The notes under the pieces: model-generated | Databases searched by the model: none | Seen by the model: the letters and a program-made list of their open reading frames with translations, nothing else | What the model was told of the DNA's origin: nothing | Shown: positions 20,230 to 30,237 of the stretch, one piece after another | Position numbering within the stretch: the stretch's first letter is position 1 | Layout of the letters: every line of letters starts with the position of its first letter | Program-made: the position numbers and the translations under genes | Assembly: GCA_049969855.1 (NCBI GenBank) | Contig: JBMFOB010000003.1 | Coordinates: 1 to 64,000 of the forward strand | Direction: 5' to 3' | Origin: Candidatus Bathyarchaeia archaeon | Lineage (GTDB): Archaea; Thermoproteota; Bathyarchaeia; Bathyarchaeales; Bathycorpusculaceae | DNA: 64,000 nucleotides

Positions 20230-20628
20230 TTACATATGCCTCAGCGCATTTGTTGTTAGGCACAACTCACATTTTTCCACGTCAATTGTTGGGTCAAAGG
20301 TTTTGTGCAATTGGCATAATAATCCTTTGGCGCGGATCGCCCTACAGATTTCACAGAACTTTTGAATGAAATCTTTGTGGGATAAGTTGCCTTTGGCTAA
20401 TGCGTCAGCCAAATCTTCTATTAATTTTAGGATTTCTGGTTCATTTTCTAAGTTTATGGCTTTTCCGCGTCTTTTTCTGTCGTATAGGCTTATGGCTGGT
20501 TGGCTTATTCCGAGGAGTTTTGCTGCTTCTTTTTGGGTTAGGTTGTGTTTTGTGGTTAATGTTTTGGCTATTAGGGCGCGGACTGTGGGTAGTAGGCATT
20601 TTACGGCGACTTCGCATGGGATTAGCAT
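20230..20628 (-). CDS. HTH transcriptional regulator (COG2522-like) with Cys/His C-terminus
   Basis: PCE start; LTQKEAAKLLGISQPAISLY HTH; C..C...C..H...C..C. Confidence 0.85.
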   Translation of the reverse strand: MLIPCEVAVKCLLPTVRALIAKTLTTKHNLTQKEAAKLLGISQPAISLYDRKRRGKAINLENEPEILKLIEDLADALAKGNLSHKDFIQKFCEICRAIRAKGLLCQLHKTFDPTIDVEKCELCLTTNALRHM

Positions 20629-20676
20629 TTATTGTTGTCTCCGTTTGGTATTGTGTAGAAAGGCATAAATATACTT

Positions 20677-20692
20677 TATTACAATTGTAATA
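20677..20692. promoter_or_regulatory. Perfect 16-bp palindrome TATTACAATTGTAATA, putative operator just downstream of the fprA TATA box
   Basis: Self-complementary; TATA-like ATAAATAT at 20665-20672; lies between divergent regulator and fprA. Confidence 0.65.
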
Positions 20693-20714
20693 TTCAAAAA
20701 TGGAGAAACACAAA

Positions 20715-21905
20715 ATGAGTTGGCGAAACATAAACGAAATTTCAAAAGACATATACTGGGTCGGCATAAGAGACTGGAACCGAAAACTTTTCGACGCTTT
20801 AATCCCACTTCCAAAAGGAACAACTTACAACGCATACCTTATCATTGGCAAAGACAAAAAGGCGTTAATAGACACGGTTAACCCAGGCTTTGAAAAAGAA
20901 TTGGAAGAAAAAATACGCCTTGCAGTAGACCCAGCTGAAATTGATTACGTAATAATGAACCATGCCGAACCAGACCATGCAGGCGCCATACCCTACATAA
21001 TGAGGATAAACAGCAAAGCCAAACTAATAACTTCCATCAAAGGCGCAAAAATGGCCCAAACATTTTACAAAGTGCCAGAAAACCGCATAATCGCAGTTAA
21101 AGACCGAGAGAAAATAAACTTAGGCGATAAAACACTCCAATTTATCGAAGCGCCCATGCTTCACTGGCCAGAAACAATGTTCACATACATTCCAGAAAAC
21201 AAAATCTTGTTTCCATGCGACTTCTTCGGCGCTCACGTGGCTAAAGGGTTGTATGATGATGAAGTGGAAGATTTGATTGTTCACGCCCAGAGATATTTTG
21301 GCGAAATAATGATGCCCTTCAGAGTTATGGGACAAAAAGCCATGGAAAAAATAAAGAGTTTGGAAATTGAGATGATAGCGCCAAGCCACGGACCCATCCA
21401 CAGAAATCCAGAGCGCATCTTAAACGCTTATAAAAGGTGGGTTAACGGCGAAACAAAACAGAAGGCAATAATAGTTTATGCAACCATGTGGAACAGCACG
21501 GAAAAAATGATTCAACCAATAACCGAAACCCTAGCCTCAGAAGGCGTAGAAATAGCCCTATATAATTTAGTCTCTGCGGACATTGGCGACATAGCAAAGG
21601 ATTTGGTGGATTCAAAAGCCATAGTTTTAGGAGCACCCACAGTATTGGGCGGAGTGCATCCACTAGCAGTTTACGCCGCTTATCTCGTGAAGGCTCTGCG
21701 CCCACCATTAAAATTCGGAGTAGTCTTAAGTTCTTATGGTTGGGGCGGAGGCGCAGTAAAGCACATTCAAGAAATTTTGGGTTTGTCAAAGTTGGAAGTT
21801 GTTGGAGCATTGGAAATTAATGGTCCACCAACAGAAGATAACGTTAAACAAATAGTGGATATTGGAAAAGCGCTTGCCAAGAAAATTAAGGAAGAATCAA
21901 CGTGA
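20715..21905 (+). CDS. fprA: Flavodiiron protein FprA (O2/NO reductase)
   Basis: GTTYNAYLI; NHAEPDH; LHWPETM; PSHGP; C-terminal flavodoxin domain (SYGWGG). Confidence 0.95.
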   Translation: MSWRNINEISKDIYWVGIRDWNRKLFDALIPLPKGTTYNAYLIIGKDKKALIDTVNPGFEKELEEKIRLAVDPAEIDYVIMNHAEPDHAGAIPYIMRINSKAKLITSIKGAKMAQTFYKVPENRIIAVKDREKINLGDKTLQFIEAPMLHWPETMFTYIPENKILFPCDFFGAHVAKGLYDDEVEDLIVHAQRYFGEIMMPFRVMGQKAMEKIKSLEIEMIAPSHGPIHRNPERILNAYKRWVNGETKQKAIIVYATMWNSTEKMIQPITETLASEGVEIALYNLVSADIGDIAKDLVDSKAIVLGAPTVLGGVHPLAVYAAYLVKALRPPLKFGVVLSSYGWGGGAVKHIQEILGLSKLEVVGALEINGPPTEDNVKQIVDIGKALAKKIKEEST

Positions 21906-23125
21906 ATGAAATGTCTGAAGATAAAAAGAAAATGCTGAAAGAAATAATTAGGCAGTTGCATGCGGGAGCATCACCACAGGAAGTCAAAGAGAGGTTTAGA
22001 CAAGTTTTAGAAAACGTAAGCTCCTTAGAAATTGCAAAAATCGAAGAAGAACTCATAAAGGAAGGCATGCCCCGAGAAGAAATACAAAAACTATGCGACG
22101 TGCACATGGCAGTTTTCAGAGAACAACTCGAAAAGCAGAAACTTGCTGTTCCTGTTGACCATCCAATCAACATCCTTATGGAAGAACACAGGATTATGCT
22201 GCAAATCATAGAAAAACTAAACGTCATAGCAAACAAGATTCAAAAAACAAGCGACAAAAGCCATGCTGATGATGAAATACACACCCTTGAACACATAGCC
22301 GCAGACTTGTTAGACTCGGAAAAACATTATTTAAGAGAGGAGAACGTGCTTTTCCCAACTTTGGAAAAACATGGAATCACAGAACCGCCAGCGATAATGT
22401 GGATGGAGCACAACAGAATAAGAGAGGAAAAGAAGAAGCTCAGTCAACTAATAGAACAATATTCTAGCACAAGTTTTGAAGATTTCAAAAAGCAACTTGC
22501 AGAGACAGCCGAAGCCATAACAAGTCTTCTTCCAAGCCACATTTTCAAAGAGAACAACATACTTTTCCCAACAGCCTTACAGGTTGTAGCAAGCCAAGAA
22601 TGGAAAGAGATAAGAAGCGAATTTGACGAAATTGGATACTGCTGTTTTACACCTTCGCACTTGATAGGAGCACAAAAAATGAGGAAAGAGGAAAAGGAAA
22701 AAGTACAAACAGAAGAGGGAAAATTGCAGTTTGAAACTGGAACCCTTACAAAAGAAGAAGTTGAGGCGCTGTTGGATACGCTTCCAGTTGACATAACATT
22801 TGTCGATAAAGAAGACACCGTCAAATACTTCAACAAAGCCGAAAAAAGAGTTTTTGTCAGAACAAAAGCCATTATTGGCAGAAAAGTGCAGCTATGCCAC
22901 CCACAAAAAAGCGTCCACATAGTAAACCGCATCCTTGACTCATTCAAAGAAGGCAAGAAGGATGTGGCTGAATTTTGGATTCCAGCAAAAGACCGTCTAA
23001 TACACATTAGATATTTTGCTGTTAGGGACAAAAATGGAAAATATTTGGGAACGATGGAAGTAACGCAGGACATAACTGACATAAAGAAAATTGAGGGAGA
23101 AAAAAGACTTCTGGACTGGGAATAA
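21902..23125 (+). CDS. DUF438 / hemerythrin / PAS domain protein
   Basis: KLCDVH; HYLREENVLFP; MWMEH; HIFKENNILFP; PAS with CHPQKS. Confidence 0.88.
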   Translation: MNEMSEDKKKMLKEIIRQLHAGASPQEVKERFRQVLENVSSLEIAKIEEELIKEGMPREEIQKLCDVHMAVFREQLEKQKLAVPVDHPINILMEEHRIMLQIIEKLNVIANKIQKTSDKSHADDEIHTLEHIAADLLDSEKHYLREENVLFPTLEKHGITEPPAIMWMEHNRIREEKKKLSQLIEQYSSTSFEDFKKQLAETAEAITSLLPSHIFKENNILFPTALQVVASQEWKEIRSEFDEIGYCCFTPSHLIGAQKMRKEEKEKVQTEEGKLQFETGTLTKEEVEALLDTLPVDITFVDKEDTVKYFNKAEKRVFVRTKAIIGRKVQLCHPQKSVHIVNRILDSFKEGKKDVAEFWIPAKDRLIHIRYFAVRDKNGKYLGTMEVTQDITDIKKIEGEKRLLDWE

Positions 23126-23131
23126 CAGCTT

Positions 23132-23551
23132 ATGCCTAAGACATTCTTGATGAAGCTTGACAAGATACAACCAACCCAACTCTATATCAGCTCAGAAAAA
23201 CTATCCGAAGTAATGAAAACCTTTGACGTAAAAAACCCAAAAGCAATGGAACCTATACCAATAAAGAAACTTGGAAACGAAATAATCTTCGTGGACGGGC
23301 ATACAAGAGCTTTCGCCGCGTTCTTACATGGCTTTTCTGAAATCCCAGTTTATTGGGAAGATGAGGAACTTGACTGGGAAGAATACAAAATATGCGTTAA
23401 ATGGTGTAAGAAAGAAAAGATTCATACAATAGCCGCCCTTAAGAATAGGGTTGTGTCTCAAAGGGATTATGAAAGGTTATGGTATGAACGCTGCGAAAAA
23501 ATGCAGCAGAATTTAGAATGGAAAAGGAAACAGAAGCTTAAAACTACTTAG
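23132..23551 (+). CDS. ParB/Srx-like N-terminal domain protein
   Basis: IQPTQLYIS; PIPI...VDGHTRAFAA. Confidence 0.7.
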   Translation: MPKTFLMKLDKIQPTQLYISSEKLSEVMKTFDVKNPKAMEPIPIKKLGNEIIFVDGHTRAFAAFLHGFSEIPVYWEDEELDWEEYKICVKWCKKEKIHTIAALKNRVVSQRDYERLWYERCEKMQQNLEWKRKQKLKTT

Positions 23552-23628
23552 GAAAACGTCCACCGTAAATCTAACCTTTTTCCTTATCGGGCTTGCAGTA
23601 ATACGCCATTTTAAATGTATATCTTGTT

Positions 23629-24327
23629 TTAGCGTGCTCTCGCTCGCACTCTGGGCTCAAGCAAAGTCCAAAGCCACTCGACAAACTCTCCCAGATTTTT
23701 CGTCTGAATATAGACTTCTCCTGGACCCTCGATATTTACCACTAGACCTTCTCCTCCAAGGATTGTTTCTTTTAATCCGCCAAATTTTGTGACTTTGTAG
23801 TTGCATGTGCTACTGAAAGCTACTAGGTGAAAATTATCAATAATCATTGATTGACCAGGCTGTAAGACGTGTTTGTCTATGGCTCCGAAAGTGTTTATGA
23901 ACAGCATTCCGTCGCCTGTAACCTTTATCATGAACAAGCCTTGTCCGAACAAGCCTCTTGTGAAGCCTTCCCATTTAACGTCTAAATCCACATTTTCTGT
24001 GGAAGCTACGTAAGCGGCTTTCTGTATAATATAACCTTGATTTGGCTTGATTTCCAGTTTTTCAATGTCGCCTATTGGTGCAGAAACGAAAGCAACCTCT
24101 CCAGTGCCGTTTCTCGCAGTGTATTCATTTACCCAAAAGGATTGGCGTCCAAAAATTGCTAAACCTAAGGTGCCTAAGAGACTTGTTTCTCTTTTTCTTG
24201 TGTGGACTTCAATGTTTGGGTTCATATATGTCATCGCACCCGATTCAGCGACTATCTTCTCGTTTGGTTCTAGGTTTACCACAAACATTGAATAAGACGG
24301 CTTGTATTTTATTTCATACTTCATCAA
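23629..24327 (-). CDS. TIGR00266/AIM24 family protein
   Basis: AESGAMTYM; IDNFHLVAF; GGEGLV..GPGEVYIQTKN. Confidence 0.9.
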   Translation of the reverse strand: MMKYEIKYKPSYSMFVVNLEPNEKIVAESGAMTYMNPNIEVHTRKRETSLLGTLGLAIFGRQSFWVNEYTARNGTGEVAFVSAPIGDIEKLEIKPNQGYIIQKAAYVASTENVDLDVKWEGFTRGLFGQGLFMIKVTGDGMLFINTFGAIDKHVLQPGQSMIIDNFHLVAFSSTCNYKVTKFGGLKETILGGEGLVVNIEGPGEVYIQTKNLGEFVEWLWTLLEPRVRARAR

Positions 24328-24516
24328 ATTTCCTCTCCGTAAAATCCTATGCTGTTACCCTTTTAGCTCTTGCGTAAGCATCAATATACTTTTGAGTTTT
24401 CATAATTCTTCTTTAAGCGGGTAAACTAAAAGCGAGATTTAATAGGAAAAGGTTTTTAGTTTAGTTGTCATATGAAAGTCTGCAAATGTGTTTAAGTGAT
24501 GTGAGGTAGATGTTAA

Positions 24517-25245
24517 ATGTCTGTGTTTGCAGCACCAGGCGCTTATGACCGTGCCATAACCGTTTTCTCACCAGACGGACGGCTCTTCCAGGTTGAGTAT
24601 GCCATGGAGTTGGTTAACCGTGGAGCCACCATTTTGGGGATAAGATGCTCTGAAGGAGTTGTTTTGGGAGCTGAAGAAAGTGTTGAACCTCTTGAAGAGG
24701 CGGAATATTCATGGAAAATCTTTAAGGTTGACGAGCATATAGGCGCAACCATTGTCGGTTTAAGTTCGGACGCCCGCATTCTCATAGACCAAGCGCGAAT
24801 ATACGCCCAAAGTAACAAGTTAACTTATGATGAGCCAATAGACACGGAAGTTGTAACCAAGAGAATATGCGACATAAAACAGCTTTACACACAGCATGCT
24901 GGCGTTAGACCCTTCGGAGTTTCCATAATCTTCGGAGGAGTGGACAAAACTGGAAACCGCCTTTTCGGAACACACCCAAGCGGAACATATAGGGGTTATA
25001 AGGCTACGGCTCAAGGCGCAGGAAGAGAAACCGTACTATCCATATTGAAGGAAGAGTACCGTGAAGAAATGGGTCTTGAAGAAGCAGAGAAACTGGCTGT
25101 GAAATGTTTAGTAAAAGCCTTAGAAGCAAGGCAACTGCCGCCCAGAATAAAGATTGCAGTAATTCCTTCAGCTACAAAGAAAATGGAAATGTTAAGCGAC
25201 GAAAAAATTGAAGAGTACATGAAAAAGTTAGGCGTCGGCAAGTGA
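24517..25245 (+). CDS. psmA: Proteasome subunit alpha
   Basis: YDRAITVFSPDGRLFQVEYA; GVRPFGVS. Confidence 0.97.
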   Translation: MSVFAAPGAYDRAITVFSPDGRLFQVEYAMELVNRGATILGIRCSEGVVLGAEESVEPLEEAEYSWKIFKVDEHIGATIVGLSSDARILIDQARIYAQSNKLTYDEPIDTEVVTKRICDIKQLYTQHAGVRPFGVSIIFGGVDKTGNRLFGTHPSGTYRGYKATAQGAGRETVLSILKEEYREEMGLEEAEKLAVKCLVKALEARQLPPRIKIAVIPSATKKMEMLSDEKIEEYMKKLGVGK

Positions 25246-25249
25246 AACG

Positions 25250-25942
25250 GTGATGAGTGAAAAATACACGGTTGCACGCATAACAAAAGACAATGAACAC
25301 TTCGAAGTTCTTGTAAAACCCCAAAAAGCATTAGACTATCGAATGGGAAAAATAACAGCAATAACAGAAGTCTTAGTTACAGAAACAATATTTTCAGACG
25401 CAAACAAAGGCACAAAAGTTTCAGAAGAAAGCCTCCGCAAAGCCTTTGGAACAACAGAAACCCTCAAAATAGCAGAAACTATACTGAAAAAAGGGACACT
25501 GCAGCTGACAACAGAACAACGCAAAAAAATGATTGAGGATAAGAGGAGACAGATAATAGATTTCATATCGAGACAATGTGTCGACCCAAAAACAAACCTT
25601 CCCCATCCGCCGTCACGCATAGAAAACGCCCTAGAACATATTCACTATCCAATAGACCCCTTTAAACCCGTAGAAGAACAAGCCAAAGAAATAATAAAGT
25701 TACTGCGACAAATTTTGCCATTAAAAATGGAACAAGTATCCGTCGGCGTCCGCATACCAGCCGAATACTCTGCAAGAGCCTACGGAACAATAAAAGGTTT
25801 TGGAACAATAAAAAAGGAAGAATGGCGAGCAGACGGCTCTTGGTATGGAATCCTTGAAATGCCAGCAGGCTTATATGGACCATTTCTTGAAAAACTTGGA
25901 GAGATAACGAAAGGAAACGGCGAAGCGAAGATAATAGCTTAA
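25250..25942 (+). CDS. Ribosome maturation factor SBDS/SDO1
   Basis: HFEVLV; IFSDANKG; DPKTNLPHPPSRIE. Confidence 0.95.
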   Translation: MMSEKYTVARITKDNEHFEVLVKPQKALDYRMGKITAITEVLVTETIFSDANKGTKVSEESLRKAFGTTETLKIAETILKKGTLQLTTEQRKKMIEDKRRQIIDFISRQCVDPKTNLPHPPSRIENALEHIHYPIDPFKPVEEQAKEIIKLLRQILPLKMEQVSVGVRIPAEYSARAYGTIKGFGTIKKEEWRADGSWYGILEMPAGLYGPFLEKLGEITKGNGEAKIIA

Positions 25943-25965
25943 ATGTTATGAGGTTTTGGTGAAAC

Positions 25966-26676
25966 ATGCCAATATATGTTGAAAGTAGACAACTCGTAAC
26001 TCCAGGAGATTTAATCGCAGAAGGAGACTACATAGCAGGAGAAAACACATACGCAGAAGACAAAAAAATCTACGCCTCACGAATTGGAATAGTGGAATAC
26101 GAAGACAAAAAAGTGAACGTCGTAGCGTTAAGAGCCTTCTACATCCCAAGAGTTGGAGACATAGTCATAGGAACAGTTGTTGAAGTGGGATTTAACGGCT
26201 GGACTGTGGACATAAATGCGCCATACCAAGCCATTCTAAGGGCTTCAGACGTGCTAAGCAGACCCTTCAAACCACAACAAGACGAACTTTCCCAATTCTT
26301 GGACATAGGAGACCTTATAGTTGCAAAAATAACAGCCTATGACAGAGCACACGACCCCCAGCTAACAGTTGGCGAACCAGGATTAGGGAAGATAACCCGT
26401 GGACAAATAATAAGAATCACTCCAACAAAAATTCCCCGAGTAATTGGCAGAAAAGGCTCCATGATATCCATTATAAAAAAGGAGACAAACTGCCAAATAA
26501 TCCTCGGACTTAATGGAGTTATACTGATCACTGGAAAAAGTCTAGAAGATGAAGAATTGGCGATAATGGCAATACGCAAAATTGAAGAAGAATCCCATAC
26601 AAGCGGTTTAACGGACCGCATAACCCAGATGCTTAAAGAGGAAAAAGCAAAAAGGGAGGAAAATAAAAATGAGTGA
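25966..26676 (+). CDS. rrp4: Exosome RNA-binding subunit Rrp4
   Basis: VTPGD; [11 protein letters not shown]; [10 protein letters not shown] (S1+KH). Confidence 0.95.
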   Translation: MPIYVESRQLVTPGDLIAEGDYIAGENTYAEDKKIYASRIGIVEYEDKKVNVVALRAFYIPRVGDIVIGTVVEVGFNGWTVDINAPYQAILRASDVLSRPFKPQQDELSQFLDIGDLIVAKITAYDRAHDPQLTVGEPGLGKITRGQIIRITPTKIPRVIGRKGSMISIIKKETNCQIILGLNGVILITGKSLEDEELAIMAIRKIEEESHTSGLTDRITQMLKEEKAKREENKNE

Positions 26677-27403
26677 AAAATCTGAAAAGTTAATTGATAA
26701 AAAAGGTGTAAGACTGGACGGAAGAAAACCAGACGAGTTAAGACCAATAAAACTTGAAGTAGGCGTATTATCAAACGCTGACGGCTCAGCCTACATAGAA
26801 CAGGGGAAAAACAAAATTTTAGCCGCAGTTTACGGACCAAAAGAACTCCATCCTAAACATATGGCGCTTCCTGACAGAATGGTTTTGAGATGCCGTTACC
26901 ACATGGCACCCTTCTCTGTTCAAGAAAGAAAATCGCCAGCACCATCCAGAAGAGAAATAGAACTCTCAAAAGTCATAAGAGAAGCCCTTGAACCCTCAAT
27001 ATTCCTCGAATACTACCCAAAAACGGGCATAGACATATTCATCGAAGTTTTGCAAGCCGACGGAAGCACAAGATGCGCAAGCATAGTGGCAGCATCCTTA
27101 GCCTTGGCAGACGCAGGCATCCCAATGCGAGATTTGGTTGTCGCTTGTTCGGCTGGAAAAATTGACGACACAATAATATTGGATTTGATGGACACGGAAG
27201 ATAAAATGGGATTAGCCGATGTTCCTTTGGCTTTAATGCCAAACTTAAACGCCATAACATTGCTTCAGATGGATGGAACATTAACCCTTGAAGAGTTCGA
27301 AAAGGCTGTTAACCTGGCATTGGAAGGCTGCAAGAAAATCTATGCACTGCAAAAGGAAGCGTTAAAATCTAAGTATGTTAGCGTTAAAGAGGCTGAAGAA
27401 TAA
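26669..27403 (+). CDS. rrp41: Exosome exonuclease Rrp41
   Basis: [11 protein letters not shown]; ADGSAY; QADGSTR. Confidence 0.96.
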   Translation: MSEKSEKLIDKKGVRLDGRKPDELRPIKLEVGVLSNADGSAYIEQGKNKILAAVYGPKELHPKHMALPDRMVLRCRYHMAPFSVQERKSPAPSRREIELSKVIREALEPSIFLEYYPKTGIDIFIEVLQADGSTRCASIVAASLALADAGIPMRDLVVACSAGKIDDTIILDLMDTEDKMGLADVPLALMPNLNAITLLQMDGTLTLEEFEKAVNLALEGCKKIYALQKEALKSKYVSVKEAEE

Positions 27404-28194
27404 TGTCAGCTATGATTACCCGCGTAAAACAGAAACAGATCGCACAACTAATTTCCAGAGGAAAACGTTTAGACGGAAGAGGCTTAACGGATTATCGAGA
27501 AATAAAAGTGGAACAGGGAATAATTGAAAAGGCTGAAGGTTCAGCAAGAGTGTTGCTTGGAAAAACAGAAGTTATGGTTGGAACAAAAATAGAAACGGGA
27601 GAACCATTCTCCGACACACCAAACGAAGGCGTCCTAACAGTAAACGCCGAACTAGTGCCTTTAGCTTCACCAACCTTCGAAGCCGGACCGCCAGATGAAA
27701 ACTCCATAGAACTTGCCAGAATAGTCGACAGAGGAATAAGGGAGTCAAAAGCCATTGATTTGGAAAAATTATGCATAGAGCCTGGAAAGAAGGTTTTTGT
27801 TGTCTTCGTAGATGTTTATGTTCTTAATCATGACGGAAACTTGATAGACGCATCCGCTCTAGCCGCTTTAGCTGCTTTACTTAATACAAAAATGCCAAAC
27901 TATGAAGTTGAGGAAGGCGAAGTGAAAATTAAGTCAGGTTATACTCCGCTTCCCATAAGGAGACATCCCATAACAGTTACTTTTGCGAAAATAAGCGACA
28001 AACTCGTTGTAGACCCATGGTTAGAAGAAGAACAAGTGATGGATGCTAGGATTTCAATGGCAATAGACGATGACGGCAACATATGCGCAATACAAAAAGG
28101 CGGCAGCGGGTACTTCGAACCAAAACAGGTTTTAGAAGCCGCAAACATAGCCAAAGAAAAGGCTGAAGAAATACGCAAAAAACTAAAATGGTGA
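27403..28194 (+). CDS. rrp42: Exosome subunit Rrp42
   Basis: GKRLDGR; AEGSA; HDGNLIDA; IQKGG. Confidence 0.96.
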   Translation: MSAMITRVKQKQIAQLISRGKRLDGRGLTDYREIKVEQGIIEKAEGSARVLLGKTEVMVGTKIETGEPFSDTPNEGVLTVNAELVPLASPTFEAGPPDENSIELARIVDRGIRESKAIDLEKLCIEPGKKVFVVFVDVYVLNHDGNLIDASALAALAALLNTKMPNYEVEEGEVKIKSGYTPLPIRRHPITVTFAKISDKLVVDPWLEEEQVMDARISMAIDDDGNICAIQKGGSGYFEPKQVLEAANIAKEKAEEIRKKLKW

Positions 28195-28201
28195 AAAGAC
28201 T

Positions 28202-28501
28202 ATGGGAAAAAGAACAAAAAAGGTAGGACCCACCCGAGGCTTAGGAGCCCGCTATGGCGCTACTGTAAGAAAACGTTACATCAAAGTAATTACGGAAATG
28301 AAGAAACCTCATGCATGCCCCCAATGTGGATTTTCACGAGTTAAAAGAGTAAGTGTTGGCGTTTGGAAATGCAGAAAATGCGGTTTCACCTTTACAGGTG
28401 GAGCGTATACTCCAACAACAAAGCTTGGAACAGTTGCAAAACGTGTGGCTAAAGGCGCACCCATAGAAGCAGCAGCGGTGGAAACAGAAGAAACAGAGTA
28501 G
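28202..28501 (+). CDS. rpl37ae: 50S ribosomal protein eL43 (L37ae)
   Basis: GARYGATVRKR; CPQC...WKCRKC; GGAYTP. Confidence 0.96.
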   Translation: MGKRTKKVGPTRGLGARYGATVRKRYIKVITEMKKPHACPQCGFSRVKRVSVGVWKCRKCGFTFTGGAYTPTTKLGTVAKRVAKGAPIEAAAVETEETE

Positions 28502-28533
28502 CCCCCTCTTATATTTTATGAGTGATTTAAATA

Positions 28534-29103
28534 TTGAGCGAAAGACAGCGTCTGCTATTAACAACATCAAGAAGACCAACAAAAAATATGAGAACTCTCT
28601 GCAGAGAAATTTGCCACAACCTGCCATTCGCTGTACGGATAAATCGTGGCAAATTGAACCTTGAAGGAATTGCAGAAAAATCCTTAGAGCATGGTGCCGA
28701 AAAAGTTATGATTATTGAAAGATGGAAATTCGGACTTGGAAAAATACAACTTTTCAATGTAAAACCAGAAGGATTGAAAAAGGTTCAGCCAACCATTTAT
28801 GTGCATAATGCAAAATTTCGAAGAAACTTGGCAGAAGAAACGATGAAGGGAAGAAAAATAAAATCGTTAGCAATCGCAGTCTCCCAACACGAAAATTCCG
28901 AGGTTAAGAAGCTCGAAAAGGCTCTGTCAGACTTTTTTGCAATCCCAGTTTTCTCATTTAGAGAAGCCATTAATAGAAAATGCGACGCAGCAATGCAAAT
29001 CAAAATTAATCCACGAAAAGATTTAATCATTACTTTCATGCTTCTACCAGAAATGGTTGAAGTTGGTCCACAAATTTGGGTCTCACGTATAGATTGGAGT
29101 TAG
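28534..29103 (+). CDS. Brix-domain rRNA maturation protein
   Basis: LLTTSRRPT; INRGKLNL; EVGP; conserved operon position. Confidence 0.85.
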   Translation: MSERQRLLLTTSRRPTKNMRTLCREICHNLPFAVRINRGKLNLEGIAEKSLEHGAEKVMIIERWKFGLGKIQLFNVKPEGLKKVQPTIYVHNAKFRRNLAEETMKGRKIKSLAIAVSQHENSEVKKLEKALSDFFAIPVFSFREAINRKCDAAMQIKINPRKDLIITFMLLPEMVEVGPQIWVSRIDWS

Positions 29104-29107
29104 AAAT

Positions 29108-29359
29108 TTGAAGGCGAAAGCTGTTGTCAGATTACAGTTTCCTTCGAGAAAGCATTTAGAAATATTCGCTAAAGCTTTGGAGCCAGAGGTTAAAAAGCCC
29201 GCCACGTCACGTTCAAAGGCGAATATAGAGAAGAAAGAAAAGTTTCTAATTTTGAGGGTTGAAGCAAGAGACACTGTGGCTTTGCGGGCTACGTTAAATG
29301 CTTATTTAAGATGGATAAACTCGATTATGAATGTTTTTGAAGTTTTGGAATCCCAATGA
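29108..29359 (+). CDS. pcc1: KEOPS complex subunit Pcc1
   Basis: ALEPE; ARDTVALRATLNAYLRW. Confidence 0.9.
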   Translation: MKAKAVVRLQFPSRKHLEIFAKALEPEVKKPATSRSKANIEKKEKFLILRVEARDTVALRATLNAYLRWINSIMNVFEVLESQ

Positions 29360-29383
29360 CCAGTAGCCTTTGAAATTGCGAAT

Positions 29384-30127
29384 TTATGATGCCCACTTTT
29401 TGAGGGAGATGCTGAGTTTCAAAAAGCCTTTACCATGAATGTAAACGTCTTTCAACAGTCTTTTTAATGGAGTTCTAGTTCCACGCTTTTCTTCCCATTC
29501 AACTGGAAATTCGAGACACTTGTAACCTTTATGGACGCTTCGAACAATGATTTCGGTATCCCAAAACCAGTCTGTACTTTCACATGCATCCAAAAGGTCT
29601 TTCACAAGTTTGCCGGAAAACGCCTTAAACCCTATTTGATGATCATATACATGAGTTTTAAAGGCAACTCGAACAATCAAGTTGTACATTCTCGACACAA
29701 AATGACGAAGCCCTGGACGGCGCACCTTGGCTCCCTTTATATACCTTGATCCAGTGGCAAGATCATAGCCTTTCTTTATCGCTGTTATTAGCTGCGGGTA
29801 ATATTTCATATCTGTAGCTAGATCGCAGTCAAGATAGACATAGACGCTACCGTTAACTTTTTTCCAAGCGTTCTTGAGGGCTAAACCTCTGCCTAATTTT
29901 GTGTCCGCGTGAATATGAATAATGTGCGGATTCTCTTTTGCCAAACGTTGAGCGATAATATCAGACCCATCTGTGCTTCCATCTTCAGCTATGACGATAA
30001 TGTAATCATTTTCCAAAGCTTTGGTTTCCTTTAACAATGTTCTTACAGCTTTCTCTAGAAATTGAGATTCGTTATAAGCTGGAATCGTGACAACCAACAA
30101 ATGGTAACGCCTACAAACCACAATCAT
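29384..30127 (-). CDS. GT2 glycosyltransferase, Dol-P-sugar synthase (DPM1/ALG5-like)
   Basis: IPAYNE; EDGSTDG; GRG.A; DCD; GSRY; D.Q.GFK; FWDTE. Confidence 0.9.
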   Translation of the reverse strand: MIVVCRRYHLLVVTIPAYNESQFLEKAVRTLLKETKALENDYIIVIAEDGSTDGSDIIAQRLAKENPHIIHIHADTKLGRGLALKNAWKKVNGSVYVYLDCDLATDMKYYPQLITAIKKGYDLATGSRYIKGAKVRRPGLRHFVSRMYNLIVRVAFKTHVYDHQIGFKAFSGKLVKDLLDACESTDWFWDTEIIVRSVHKGYKCLEFPVEWEEKRGTRTPLKRLLKDVYIHGKGFLKLSISLKKWAS

Positions 30128-30237
30128 CTGCCAATAAATATAAAAATTTAGAAAAATAGGTACACCTTGAAATTTTTATATTACCAGCAAATAATAAGCT
30201 TAATTCAATGTAGGCTTAAACGTCACATAATGTTGGA

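Noticed and set aside
28502-28533. rpoP missing after rpl37ae (and rpoK missing after rpoN)
   Set aside because: Operon rearrangement is common, and absence from the genome cannot be judged from one window
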